NCBI GenBank assembly: GCA_964440805.1
Contig: CAYTTR010000009.1
Span: 1,658 to 65,657 of the forward strand
DNA length: 64,000 nucleotides
Direction: 5' to 3'
Source: an uncultured Eubacteriales bacterium
GTDB taxonomy: Bacteria > Acidobacteriota > Aminicenantia > Aminicenantales > Aminicenantaceae
A program made the position numbers and the translations under genes. The notes beneath the pieces are model-generated. The model made no database searches, was not told where the DNA came from, and saw only the letters and a list, made by a program, of their open reading frames with translations. Positions 9,468 through 19,040 of the stretch are shown here, in pieces (the stretch's first letter is position 1; the number at the start of each line of letters is the position of its first letter).

Positions 9468-11330
9468 ATGAAACAAACAAAATATATTCCTCTAATAATG
9501 ATTATCCTCTGGCTGAGCCTGGTTACTCTCGGCTATGCTGAAAACAATGATAAAGATTTCTCCCTGAGCTTCCGCCTTGGATACCGGGCAGTGGATCAAA
9601 GTGGAACCCTCCAAAAATACAAAGAAGATATTAATTTAGAAGATGGAATGAGACTTTTTGATTTTACTTTCAAACTGAGCCCCACAAATGAATTGAGCAA
9701 GCTATTTGACCGCGTGGATATAAATGTCTTTAACTTCGGAGGAGATCCTTTCGAAGCCTTAACCCTGTCTGTCCAAAAATACAGCACTTATCAAGTCCAA
9801 TTCAGCCGGAAAAAATCATCCTATTATTACGCCGACCAACATGAAACAGGAGGAGTCATTTACAATCCTCATACCTTTGATTTCAGGAGAATCACCGACA
9901 GCGGACTCCTCAAGATTTGGCTTCTTCCTTCGGTTAACTTTTATTTGGATTTCAACCGTTATGACAAAAGCGGCGAGAGTATTACTACCCTGGATATTAA
10001 CAGGATAGAATTTGAATTTAACCAGCCGATTCAAGAAAAAAGCAAAGAAATTGCCGTTGGATTGAATGCTCAGCCTTTCAAGGAATTCTCGGTCGTACTT
10101 GAAGAAAGAATACTTGATTATGAGAACTCCAACAGTCTTTTCCTCCCAGGGTATGCTGACGGCGGCGAAGGAGCCAGGTATCCTTCTTCATTGAACTTTT
10201 TCAATCTCAATCAACCATACACCTTGAAAAGTTACAGTCATACCTTGAAAATTTATTCCCAACCAATAAAAAGAATTCTCCTCTCCGGCTCTGCTAAAAT
10301 AACCGACCAGGATCTTGATTTAACCTACCAGGAATCAGCTGATGGAATTAATTACCTGGGAAAATTTTTTGATTATTCTTTTCCGGGAATGGGCAAATTT
10401 CAAAGAAAGATTGGTCTTTATGACCTTGACCTTTCTTTTCTTTTATTTGACCGGCTGGCAATTACCGGCGTAATAAGATACCACGATTTTGAACAAGAAG
10501 GAGAAATGACTGTTTCCGGAGAGAAAAAGACCATGGATTTGAACTATGACACTCTCAGCCTGGAAGGAGGAATTCAGTACCGATTTTCATCTGTCATCGG
10601 TTTGCTTGCCGGTTATCGAAACGAGACCCGCACTCTTGAGGGAGTAGAAACGGTAGATTACGAAGAAAAAACGGTAAGACAGGGATTGTTTGGAAACATA
10701 AAGGTCAGTCCTTCCCGGAAATTTACTCTCAATGCCGATTATCAGTTTGGAACCTATGATCACCCATTTACTCTTGTTTCGCCAGCCGAATTTCACCGCT
10801 TCTCTGCCAAGGCCAGATTAAACCAAAAGCTTGTTTCTTTTTCTGCTTCCTATATTTTCACCAAATCAAAGAACGATATTTGGCAAAACGATTGGTCCTC
10901 CACCAGGCATAACTTTGCCTTTTCAGGAAGCTATAAGGGTAAGAACATTAATGGTTCGGCCAGCTATTCTTATGTTCTGCAAAAACACCAAGGGAACCGA
11001 CAGGTAGACTATCCACCCTCTTTTTCCGGACCAGCAGGAACTTTCCTCTGGGAAATCCTCTATGAAGGAAAATCAAATATCCTTAATGGAAACTTATCCG
11101 CCAAGATGGCCGAAAACTGGAATATAGGAGGATTATTTAATTATTACACTAATAAGGGTTTCTGGGAAATTTCCCGCCTCTGGCTCAAAGGTTACATTGA
11201 ATATCTTTTTGAAGAGGGGTTCTTAGCCCAAATAGGGTATCGGTATGTTGATTTCAAAGAGAAAGACTCAGGATTTAATGATTATTCAGCCAATATTCTG
11301 GAATTATCCTTTGGCTACCGCTGGGAATAA
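9468..11330 (+). CDS. outer-membrane beta-barrel porin-like protein (MtrB/OmbB-like sheath of a porin-cytochrome conduit)
   Basis: 620 aa; signal peptide MKQTKYIPLIMIILWLSLVTLGYA; Y/F/W-rich alternating strands throughout. The 11-nt and 15-nt intergenic gaps, each carrying an SD, couple it to both flanking cytochrome genes. Confidence 0.6.
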   Translation: MKQTKYIPLIMIILWLSLVTLGYAENNDKDFSLSFRLGYRAVDQSGTLQKYKEDINLEDGMRLFDFTFKLSPTNELSKLFDRVDINVFNFGGDPFEALTLSVQKYSTYQVQFSRKKSSYYYADQHETGGVIYNPHTFDFRRITDSGLLKIWLLPSVNFYLDFNRYDKSGESITTLDINRIEFEFNQPIQEKSKEIAVGLNAQPFKEFSVVLEERILDYENSNSLFLPGYADGGEGARYPSSLNFFNLNQPYTLKSYSHTLKIYSQPIKRILLSGSAKITDQDLDLTYQESADGINYLGKFFDYSFPGMGKFQRKIGLYDLDLSFLLFDRLAITGVIRYHDFEQEGEMTVSGEKKTMDLNYDTLSLEGGIQYRFSSVIGLLAGYRNETRTLEGVETVDYEEKTVRQGLFGNIKVSPSRKFTLNADYQFGTYDHPFTLVSPAEFHRFSAKARLNQKLVSFSASYIFTKSKNDIWQNDWSSTRHNFAFSGSYKGKNINGSASYSYVLQKHQGNRQVDYPPSFSGPAGTFLWEILYEGKSNILNGNLSAKMAENWNIGGLFNYYTNKGFWEISRLWLKGYIEYLFEEGFLAQIGYRYVDFKEKDSGFNDYSANILELSFGYRWE

Positions 11331-11345
11331 AAACAGGAGGAGGCT

Positions 11346-13487
11346 ATGAAAAATATACTTAGGATTTTGATGATTACTGTAATATTACCGGGAGCAGTTG
11401 TTTTCATTGCCGGAGCCAAAACGGATAATTTTACCGGACTCCTGTCCCTGGTTTCCCATGCTGAAAAGCTCTGGCAAAGTTCAGGCCATGCCGACTCAAA
11501 AGCAGAAGCCTTTACCCATTGGGATGAGGAAGGTTCTATTCCCACTTCTTGCGCCAAGTGCCACTCCACACCTGGTTTTCAAGATTTTCTGGATAATGGT
11601 GAGGTTAACAGCCCAGCCCCACTGGGCACCACAATAGAATGTGAAGCCTGTCATATAAACAAGGAAACCGGAGCTGTTCGGGAACATACAGCGGTTACTT
11701 TTCCCTCTGGAGCGGTAGTAGAGAACCTGGGACCTGAAGCTCTCTGTATGGAATGCCATCAAGGAAGAGCTTCAAAAAAAGATGTTGACATGACTATCGA
11801 CAGCGCCGGTGTCATTGATCCGGACACCCCTTCTTCTTTGTTAAGGTTTGTCAATATCCACTACTATGCGGCTGCCTCTACCCAGTTGGGAACACTTGTT
11901 GAGGGAGGATATGAATATCAAGGAAAATCATATGATGCCCGGTTTTCTCATTTAACCGGCTATAATGCCTGCATAACTTGTCATAATCCTCATTCTCTTG
12001 AAGTGGAATTGGGTCCTTGCCATACCTGCCATGAAGGAGTGAAAGACCCCAAGGATATCCGTTATTACGGGTCGTTTGTTGATTATGACGGAGACGGTAA
12101 TATCACTGAGGGTATGTTTTACGAAATTGAAGACATTAAAAACATCCTTTATCAGGTAATGCAGAGTTATGCCCGGGAAGTGATTAATATTCCTATTGTT
12201 TACGATTCTCATACTTATCCTTATTTCTTCACCGATGTAAACGGGAATGGAGAGCCTGATCCCGAAGAGTTGAACTACGGAAACCGGTATACTTCTTTTT
12301 CCGCCCGCCTGCTCCGGGCAGCTTATAATTATCAGGTTGCCCAAAAAGATCCCGCGGCTTACGCCCACGGCGGCAAATATATTATCCAGATTCTTTATGA
12401 TTCAATAGAGGATCTTAACCGTCAGCTGGCTTCTCCCCTTTCTTTAAACGTAGCCAGAGTAGATGAAGGTCATTTCGACGGATCATCTGAAGCCTGGAGA
12501 CATTGGGATGAAGACGGCGAAGTTCCAAGTTCATGTTCAAAATGCCATAGTGCCGAAGGCCTTGCCTATTTTCTGGAAAATGGAGATTTGGCTTCCCAGG
12601 AAATTTCCAATGGAATGTTATGTGCCACTTGTCATACAACCCCTCCTCATGTGAGACGAGTCGGTCAAGTGACCTTTCCTTCCGGCGAAGTAGAAGACAT
12701 GGGAGACACTTCCAATCTTTGTCTTCAGTGCCATCAAGGACGGGCTTCAAAATATTCCGTGGAGTCAACTATTGCCTCTTCTCCCGGGCCTTACGGGTTT
12801 ATAAATATCCATTACTTTCCGGCTGCAGCTGTTCTTTTCGGCTCTGAAGTCAAAGGGGGATTTGAGTACGCCGGGAAAATCTACGCCGGCCAGCAAACTT
12901 TCCCCAATCATTTAGGCAAATTCGACACTTGTGTTGAATGTCATATGGGAACAAAAAGTGAAGCCAAGCCTTACGACCATCAAGGGAGACTCCACAATGT
13001 CCAAACACCTAATCCTGAAGATTGTGTCTACTGCCATGGACAGGATATTTCCCAGCCGTATCCGGGCGCAGATCCGGCTAAATTCAGTTTTGAGGGGATC
13101 AGGCCAGCTTCCATTCCCGACTTCGATGGGGATGGAAACCGGAGTGAATCTATTAAAGACGAAATTAAGGGTCTGGAAAAAGAACTATATGCCTGGATAC
13201 AAAAATATGCTTTGGAAAAACTGGGAGCTCCCATTGTTTACGATTCTCACAACTATCCTTATTTCTTCAATGACCTCAATGCCAATGGCAAAGTCGACCC
13301 CGGGGAAAATATTTATCCCAATCAATTTAGGCAATTTAATACCCGGCTTCTCAAAGCAGCCTATAATTTTCAGCTTAGTAAAAAAGAACCCTGCGGATAT
13401 ATTCATAATGCCTGGTATGTGGCTCAGCTCTTGGTGGATTCAATTATCGACTTGGGAGGAGATTCGGCTAAATACTCCTGGCGATAA
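11346..13487 (+). CDS. large decaheme c-type cytochrome with internal tandem duplication (candidate outer-surface MtrC/OmcB-like cytochrome)
   Basis: 713 aa; signal peptide; 10 CxxCH (CAKCH, CEACH, CMECH, CITCH, CHTCH, CSKCH, CATCH, CLQCH, CVECH, CVYCH). The two ~350-aa halves share W(R)HWDE(D/E)G..P.SC.KCHS, VYDSH.YPYFF.D.N.NG..DP.E and RLL(R/K)AAYN(Y/F)Q. Confidence 0.7.
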   Translation: MKNILRILMITVILPGAVVFIAGAKTDNFTGLLSLVSHAEKLWQSSGHADSKAEAFTHWDEEGSIPTSCAKCHSTPGFQDFLDNGEVNSPAPLGTTIECEACHINKETGAVREHTAVTFPSGAVVENLGPEALCMECHQGRASKKDVDMTIDSAGVIDPDTPSSLLRFVNIHYYAAASTQLGTLVEGGYEYQGKSYDARFSHLTGYNACITCHNPHSLEVELGPCHTCHEGVKDPKDIRYYGSFVDYDGDGNITEGMFYEIEDIKNILYQVMQSYAREVINIPIVYDSHTYPYFFTDVNGNGEPDPEELNYGNRYTSFSARLLRAAYNYQVAQKDPAAYAHGGKYIIQILYDSIEDLNRQLASPLSLNVARVDEGHFDGSSEAWRHWDEDGEVPSSCSKCHSAEGLAYFLENGDLASQEISNGMLCATCHTTPPHVRRVGQVTFPSGEVEDMGDTSNLCLQCHQGRASKYSVESTIASSPGPYGFINIHYFPAAAVLFGSEVKGGFEYAGKIYAGQQTFPNHLGKFDTCVECHMGTKSEAKPYDHQGRLHNVQTPNPEDCVYCHGQDISQPYPGADPAKFSFEGIRPASIPDFDGDGNRSESIKDEIKGLEKELYAWIQKYALEKLGAPIVYDSHNYPYFFNDLNANGKVDPGENIYPNQFRQFNTRLLKAAYNFQLSKKEPCGYIHNAWYVAQLLVDSIIDLGGDSAKYSWR

Positions 13488-13502
13488 AGGAAGCATCCTC
13501 AA

Positions 13503-13700
13503 AACCGTGATAACGTGATAAGAGGAAGGGTATGGGATTCGTCCCCCGCTCGATTCCTTAGTGAGGAATCTCGCTCCCATTCGGGCTTCGCTCTCCTCTC
13601 CTCCGGAGAGAAACCATGCCCGCTCTGCCCTCATAGGGGATTCCTCATCCCATACCCTTCCTCTTCTTTAATAATACAATCCCTATCACGGAAATAGGGA
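13503..13700. repeat. GC-rich intergenic element with nested perfect inverted repeats (MITE-like or structured RNA)
   Basis: 19-bp perfect IR AAGAGGAAGGGTATGGGAT (13520-13538) / ATCCCATACCCTTCCTCTT (13647-13665); outer IR CCGTGATA (13505-13512) / TATCACGG (13684-13691); internal hairpin GATTCCTTAGTGAGGAATC. Confidence 0.5.
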
Positions 13701-13792
13701 TGCTTGCGGCAATAAATCTTTTTTGACAAAAGGGGGCTCGAATTTTATTATGGTTCCTCTTTATAAAAAAAATATCTGAAGGAGGAATAGCT

Positions 13793-15157
13793 ATGTTTAT
13801 AGGCAGAGGAAAAAAATCTTTCTTTTTAAGTTTTTTCTTATCATTATTGGTCATTACTCCTCTTCTCTTTTCAATTGAAGAGGTAGCCGGGGTCAAGGAT
13901 ACAAAAAATATCCTGCCTGAAAAAGAGCGGGCCAGAGTCTGGAATGAATGGCTTCGCTGGAGACTTGATAATATAATTCCGGAACTTATGAGGCGGGAAG
14001 GGATTGATATGTGGCTGATTATCAATCGTGAATATAATGAAGATCCGGTCTATCTCAGCCTGATGCCCTGGCCGACTATGGCTGCCCGCCGGACTTCCAT
14101 TTTGATCTTTTTTGACCACGGAGATGAGAAAGGAGTAGAAAGGCTTTCCGGAAGTTACTATGACACTCCTGGGTGGTATAAAACAACCTGGAAAGACAAG
14201 ACAAAAAAACAGTTTGTAAGTCTTGCCGAAACCATCCGGAAACTAAATCCCCGAAAAATCGGCATCAATGTTTCACCTACATTCAGGTTCGGTGACGGAT
14301 TGACTGCCAGTCTGAAAGACAAGCTGATAGAGCACCTGGGGCCGGATCTTTCAAAAAGACTGGTTTCAGCAGAAAATCTGTGTCTCGGCTGGCTGGAAAC
14401 CCGTAGTCCCATGGAAATCAGTGTCTACCGACACATCTGTGGCATCGCTCATGATATCATCGCTGAGTTTTTTTCAAACCAGGTTATCACGCCAGATATC
14501 ACCACCACTGATGATGTCATCTGGTGGATTCGCCAGAGAATTACAGACCTGGGACTGGATACCTGGTTTCAACCATCTATATCAATCCAGCGTTATGCCA
14601 CAGAGGCAGAGAAATATAAAGAGAATCCAAAGGTCATCCGGAGGGGAGATCTTCTTCATTGTGATGTAGGCATCAAGTACTTGGGACTTTGTACCGATAT
14701 GCAATGGCAGGCTTATGTTTGCCGGATTGGAGAAAAGAATGCACCTGAAGGAATAAAACGTGCCTTCGAACGGGCTTTAAAGGTCGGCGAAATCTTTATG
14801 GCCGAGTTTAAAGCCGGCCGGACCGGAAATGAAATCACTGATTCAGCCATGGAAAAAGCTGCTGCTGCCGGTTTACGGCCTTTGATTTATTCACATCCCC
14901 TGGGTTTACACGGTCACGCAGCCGGAACTTCAATGGATGCCCGGCCTGAGGATAGGGCTCCGGAAGGAATTCGCCTGGAAATGGAATATCCTCTTAATTA
15001 CAATACCTGCTACGCCATTGAATTCAGCAGCACCTCCAGCATTCCGGAATGGGATGGACAAGACGTCCGGATAGGTTTCGAAGAAGATGCTGTCTTCACT
15101 GAAAATGGCTGCCGCTATATTGACGGCCGCCAGAAAAAGATTCTTCTAATAAAGTGA
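13793..15157 (+). CDS. secreted M24-family metallopeptidase (Xaa-Pro aminopeptidase/prolidase-like)
   Basis: 454 aa; signal peptide; pita-bread fold metal-ligand motifs (HPLGLHGHAAG, EMEYPL, YAIE). Confidence 0.55.
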   Translation: MFIGRGKKSFFLSFFLSLLVITPLLFSIEEVAGVKDTKNILPEKERARVWNEWLRWRLDNIIPELMRREGIDMWLIINREYNEDPVYLSLMPWPTMAARRTSILIFFDHGDEKGVERLSGSYYDTPGWYKTTWKDKTKKQFVSLAETIRKLNPRKIGINVSPTFRFGDGLTASLKDKLIEHLGPDLSKRLVSAENLCLGWLETRSPMEISVYRHICGIAHDIIAEFFSNQVITPDITTTDDVIWWIRQRITDLGLDTWFQPSISIQRYATEAEKYKENPKVIRRGDLLHCDVGIKYLGLCTDMQWQAYVCRIGEKNAPEGIKRAFERALKVGEIFMAEFKAGRTGNEITDSAMEKAAAAGLRPLIYSHPLGLHGHAAGTSMDARPEDRAPEGIRLEMEYPLNYNTCYAIEFSSTSSIPEWDGQDVRIGFEEDAVFTENGCRYIDGRQKKILLIK

Positions 15158-15177
15158 ACTCCCAAGGATAAAAAAGA

Positions 15178-15657
15178 TCAAGTTATTACTTTGTCAATAT
15201 CTTTTTCGCCATAATCGGCAAATTCCTGAGCCAGAGCATATTCGCTTTTCAACATAAGAAAGTGGCTGTGCTCGATCCGGCTGAGATACTCTAAAATAGA
15301 CCTGCTTTTGCCTTCGGTTTTCCGGGAGAATTCTGCATAAAACCTCTCAGCAGCTTCTTCTGCTTTCATTGCCTGGTTTAATATATCTACTAAGGAAGTA
15401 TCGGCCTTTAAGTTTATTGAAGGAATTAAGACATCATCTGCTTTTTCCGGAATATCAAGATTTTCCTGAGGATATAATTTTTCCGTCAGTTTTTCCAATA
15501 TCTGCCTGTGCTTTTCTTCTTCAAAAGCCAGCATCCGGAATTTTTCTTTAAGAAGCGGATTCTGGAGGCGGGATGAAATTTCAGAGTATACTTGGTAGCT
15601 GTCAATTTCTGACCGTATTGCCAGCCCGAGGAGTTCAGGCACATCTTTATCTATCAT
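15178..15657 (-). CDS. ferritin-like diiron-domain protein (rubrerythrin-like, no rubredoxin domain)
   Basis: 159 aa; paired E..H four-helix-bundle motifs (EEEKHRQILEKL, RIEHSHFLML); paralogous to 25398..25865 and 33852..34304. Confidence 0.55.
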   Translation of the reverse strand: MIDKDVPELLGLAIRSEIDSYQVYSEISSRLQNPLLKEKFRMLAFEEEKHRQILEKLTEKLYPQENLDIPEKADDVLIPSINLKADTSLVDILNQAMKAEEAAERFYAEFSRKTEGKSRSILEYLSRIEHSHFLMLKSEYALAQEFADYGEKDIDKVIT

Positions 15658-15721
15658 TGATTTGCTCCTTTACAATAAATTGGCTTATCCATCTTTGAAG
15701 TTAATTCTAATTACCCAAAAA

Positions 15722-17143
15722 TCAACCTTTCATAACTCCAACCGGAATTACCTTGGCCACCAGACTGCCCAATCCGGCCCGGTGGGATACCTGGACTACT
15801 TCATCAACATCCTTATAGGCTCCGGAAGCTTCTTCAGCCACACCTTTCCAGGAAGTAGATTTAAGAGAGATACCTTTATTTTCCAAATCTTTTTTTATTT
15901 CTTCTCCTCGAAATTTCCTTAAAGCTTCATGCCGGGACATCAAACGCCCTGCACCATGAGCAGTGGAACCGAAACTGAGTTCTTCAGCTTCTTTTGTGCC
16001 GCAGAGAATATAGGAAGCTGTGCCCATGCTTCCGGGAATAATAACGGGTTGTCCAACAGTTCTTAACGTCTCAGGAATTTCTTGGCGGCCGGCACCGAAA
16101 CTCCTGGTGGCTCCTTTCCGGTGAACACAGAGCCTGAGATTTTTGCCCTCAATCCGGTGAACTTCGAATTTAGCCACATTATGACAAACGTCATAAACCT
16201 GATCCATTCCCTTATCTGTTCCCAAAATTTTTTTAAATACATCTCTTACCCAGTGAGCAATCATCTGCCTGTTGGCAAAGGCGTAATTTACTGCAGCACA
16301 CATGGCTTTATAATATTTTTTCCCCAAATCAGAGTTTATGGGAGCATAGGTAAGCTCCCGGTCAGCTAAATGCTTAGTACCGAAAGTATTCTCCATCTGC
16401 CTGATATAGTCGGAAGCTACCTGGTGACCAAGTCCCCGGCTTCCGCAATGGATCATAACCATGATTTGTCCTTTTGAATGGATTCCGAAAACCCCGGCTG
16501 TTTTGGAATCAAAGATTTCTTCAACCTGCTGAATTTCCAAGAAATGATTTCCTGCTCCCAGAGTCCCCAACTGGGGCAATCCTCTTTCTTTGGCCCTCCT
16601 GGAAACACAGCCGGGATCAGCATCCTTCATCCTTCCATATTCTTCTGTCCTCTCCAGATCTCTCCGAGTGCCAAAGCCATTAGTTACAGTCCATTCTGCT
16701 CCCCGGCGCAAAACTTCTTCCAACACTTGAAAGCTGATCTCTTTTGACCTCCCTTTTCCTACTCCGGCAGGAACCTGATTAAAAATTCCATTCATCAAAG
16801 CCCCCAGGTTGTCTCTGAGTTCATCAACTTTGTAATCTGTCTTTAACAGCCGGACTCCGCAGTTTATGTCATACCCCACTCCTCCCGGAGAAATCACTCC
16901 TTCTTCAATGTCAAAAGCAGCCACACCCCCTATGGGAAATCCATACCCTTGATGTCCATCGGGCATAAGAAAGGAAGCTTTCCTGATACCGGGGAGACAG
17001 GCAACATTTACTGCCTGGTGCAGTGTTTTATCCTTCCTCATGCTTTCCAGAAGCTTGGATGAAGCATAGATAAAAGCCGGCACCTTCATCTTGCCTTCTT
17101 CCGGGATTTTCCAAACATTTTCTTTAATTTTTTTTATATTCAT
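15722..17143 (-). CDS. rtcB: RNA-splicing ligase RtcB
   Basis: 473 aa; hallmark RtcB motifs (HQGYGFPIGGVAAFD, GAGNHFLEIQ, CGSRGLGHQVA, HNVA). Confidence 0.9.
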   Translation of the reverse strand: MNIKKIKENVWKIPEEGKMKVPAFIYASSKLLESMRKDKTLHQAVNVACLPGIRKASFLMPDGHQGYGFPIGGVAAFDIEEGVISPGGVGYDINCGVRLLKTDYKVDELRDNLGALMNGIFNQVPAGVGKGRSKEISFQVLEEVLRRGAEWTVTNGFGTRRDLERTEEYGRMKDADPGCVSRRAKERGLPQLGTLGAGNHFLEIQQVEEIFDSKTAGVFGIHSKGQIMVMIHCGSRGLGHQVASDYIRQMENTFGTKHLADRELTYAPINSDLGKKYYKAMCAAVNYAFANRQMIAHWVRDVFKKILGTDKGMDQVYDVCHNVAKFEVHRIEGKNLRLCVHRKGATRSFGAGRQEIPETLRTVGQPVIIPGSMGTASYILCGTKEAEELSFGSTAHGAGRLMSRHEALRKFRGEEIKKDLENKGISLKSTSWKGVAEEASGAYKDVDEVVQVSHRAGLGSLVAKVIPVGVMKG

Positions 17144-17154
17144 TTTCTTCTCCT

Positions 17155-17577
17155 TTAAACATCAACCACAACCTCGATAGAAACAGTTTTGTTACTTTTA
17201 ATTTTCATTTCATTATAGGTTATGGCTTTTATTTCTCCGGTTATTTCATATTTTTCTTTCCTCTCGTCCCCTTTCAAGATACAATCCAAATAGTGAAGAT
17301 TTTTTTCTTTTTTTATCCTCAGATTATCCGCTCTTTTAAAAACAAGACCTTTGGTTTCAAAAAGAAAAAGAATTTCCTCCAGAAAACTAACCAGAAGCTG
17401 CTCCAAATCCTTGCCTTTCACCTGAACTTTGGGTTCGAGTTTTTCTTCAATCGTGCCCGGATCCCACATCAAAGAACAAAAAGCCAAGGCTGCATTGGAA
17501 AAAGCTTCCTCAAGTGAAGCCCCTCTTGCTTGAAACTTAATATCTCCTGTATGCGGAAGGTAACGAAACTTTTTCAC
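17155..17577 (-). CDS. archease (RtcB activator)
   Basis: 140 aa; N-terminal YLPHTGDIKF..G.SLEEAFSNAALAF archease signature; directly downstream of rtcB. Confidence 0.75.
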   Translation of the reverse strand: MKKFRYLPHTGDIKFQARGASLEEAFSNAALAFCSLMWDPGTIEEKLEPKVQVKGKDLEQLLVSFLEEILFLFETKGLVFKRADNLRIKKEKNLHYLDCILKGDERKEKYEITGEIKAITYNEMKIKSNKTVSIEVVVDV

Positions 17578-18945
17578 TCAGCTTTCTCCCAGTTCCTTTA
17601 TTTTAACTTTCTGGATAATTTTTCTCTGCAGCTCCTTTAGAGACGGTGATATTTCCACCGGAAAAAGGGGAGGCCGGGAAGATAATGATTTATATCTTTC
17701 CTCAAGGAGTTTGAATTCCTCCTGAAAAACTTCTCTTATTCCTGTCAACCGGGGAAGCTCGCCCTTTATTTTTCCTCCCTTCATAACTTCTGAAAGAAGG
17801 CATTCGGCACCATCCATCTCTTCCTGCCGAAGCCCGATTACATCCTTTACCAAATTTCCTTTTTTATCTTTGAATCTAAAAATCTGCTTATCTGATGTTA
17901 GAATTTTTTTCCCTGGGCTTAACTTTAAAACCGGCTGCCCGTCGTATTTAACCAGCTTATAGGCCATATCAGAATAAGGAGCGTCTGCAGATACTCCCAT
18001 TTTAGTCCCTACTCCGAATGAATCTATTTCCGCCTTTTCTTTCAAGATTTTCTGAATTTTATATTCATCAAAAGCTCCAGAAGCGAAAATTTGAGTGCCC
18101 TTCAGACCTTCCCGGTCTAAAATTTGCCTGGCTCTCCGGCTTAATTGAGCCATGTCCCCACTGTCCAGTCTTATCCCCAGGAGATTATGTCCCCGGCCTT
18201 TCATTTGTTTTCCCACCTGAGCCGCTTTACGGCATCCTTCAATAGTATCGTAAGTGTCCACAAGCAAGACCGTGTTTTCAGGAAAAGAACGGGCATAAGC
18301 CTGAAATGCCTCCATTTCATTGGGAAAACTGGATATATAAGAATGGGCCATGGTTCCATAAACAGGAATTCCATAAACTTTCCCAGCCATAACGTTACTT
18401 GTCCCTATGAACCCCGCTAAGTAGCTGGACCGGGCTGCTTTCATTCCGGCATCTATTCCCTGGCATCTTCTAAGGGAAAAATCAACCAGCTTTCTTCCTT
18501 GAGCGGCATAAAAACAGCGGGCTGCCTTGGTTGCCAGCAAAACCTGAACATTAACCGCATTAATAATAAAAGTCTCCACTATTTGAGATTCAATAATGGG
18601 AGCAGTCACTTCCATAATCGGCTCATTAGCAAAGAAAATGCGTCCTTCCGGGATAGCCCTGACCTCTCCTGAAAAATACAATTTTTCCAGATAGGAAAGA
18701 AAACTTTCTTTAAATAATTTAAGGCCGGCCAAATAATCGAGCTCTTCAGAGGTAAAACTTAGGTTTTCCAGGTAGCGAAGCACATCCTCGAGACCGGCTG
18801 AAACAAAATATTTCCGGCCGGGCGGATAATTCCGGATGAAAAGGCTGAAAGTGGCCGGAGCAAACATTTTATTTTCCCAATAGGAAGCAGCCATGGTCAG
18901 TTCATAAAGATCGGTTAATAAAGCCTCGTTTTCTCTATCAATCAT
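17578..18945 (-). CDS. pncB: nicotinate phosphoribosyltransferase
   Basis: 455 aa; NAPRTase family N-terminus (ALLTDLYELTMAASYW) and catalytic region. Confidence 0.8.
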   Translation of the reverse strand: MIDRENEALLTDLYELTMAASYWENKMFAPATFSLFIRNYPPGRKYFVSAGLEDVLRYLENLSFTSEELDYLAGLKLFKESFLSYLEKLYFSGEVRAIPEGRIFFANEPIMEVTAPIIESQIVETFIINAVNVQVLLATKAARCFYAAQGRKLVDFSLRRCQGIDAGMKAARSSYLAGFIGTSNVMAGKVYGIPVYGTMAHSYISSFPNEMEAFQAYARSFPENTVLLVDTYDTIEGCRKAAQVGKQMKGRGHNLLGIRLDSGDMAQLSRRARQILDREGLKGTQIFASGAFDEYKIQKILKEKAEIDSFGVGTKMGVSADAPYSDMAYKLVKYDGQPVLKLSPGKKILTSDKQIFRFKDKKGNLVKDVIGLRQEEMDGAECLLSEVMKGGKIKGELPRLTGIREVFQEEFKLLEERYKSLSSRPPLFPVEISPSLKELQRKIIQKVKIKELGES

Positions 18946-19040
18946 GATTTATTCCTTCTTTATTAAATAAAGGAGTAGTAACTTTTTATTAATTATTATT
19001 CAGATTCCTCCAGAAATCAAATTTCAAATTTTTTTGAATA

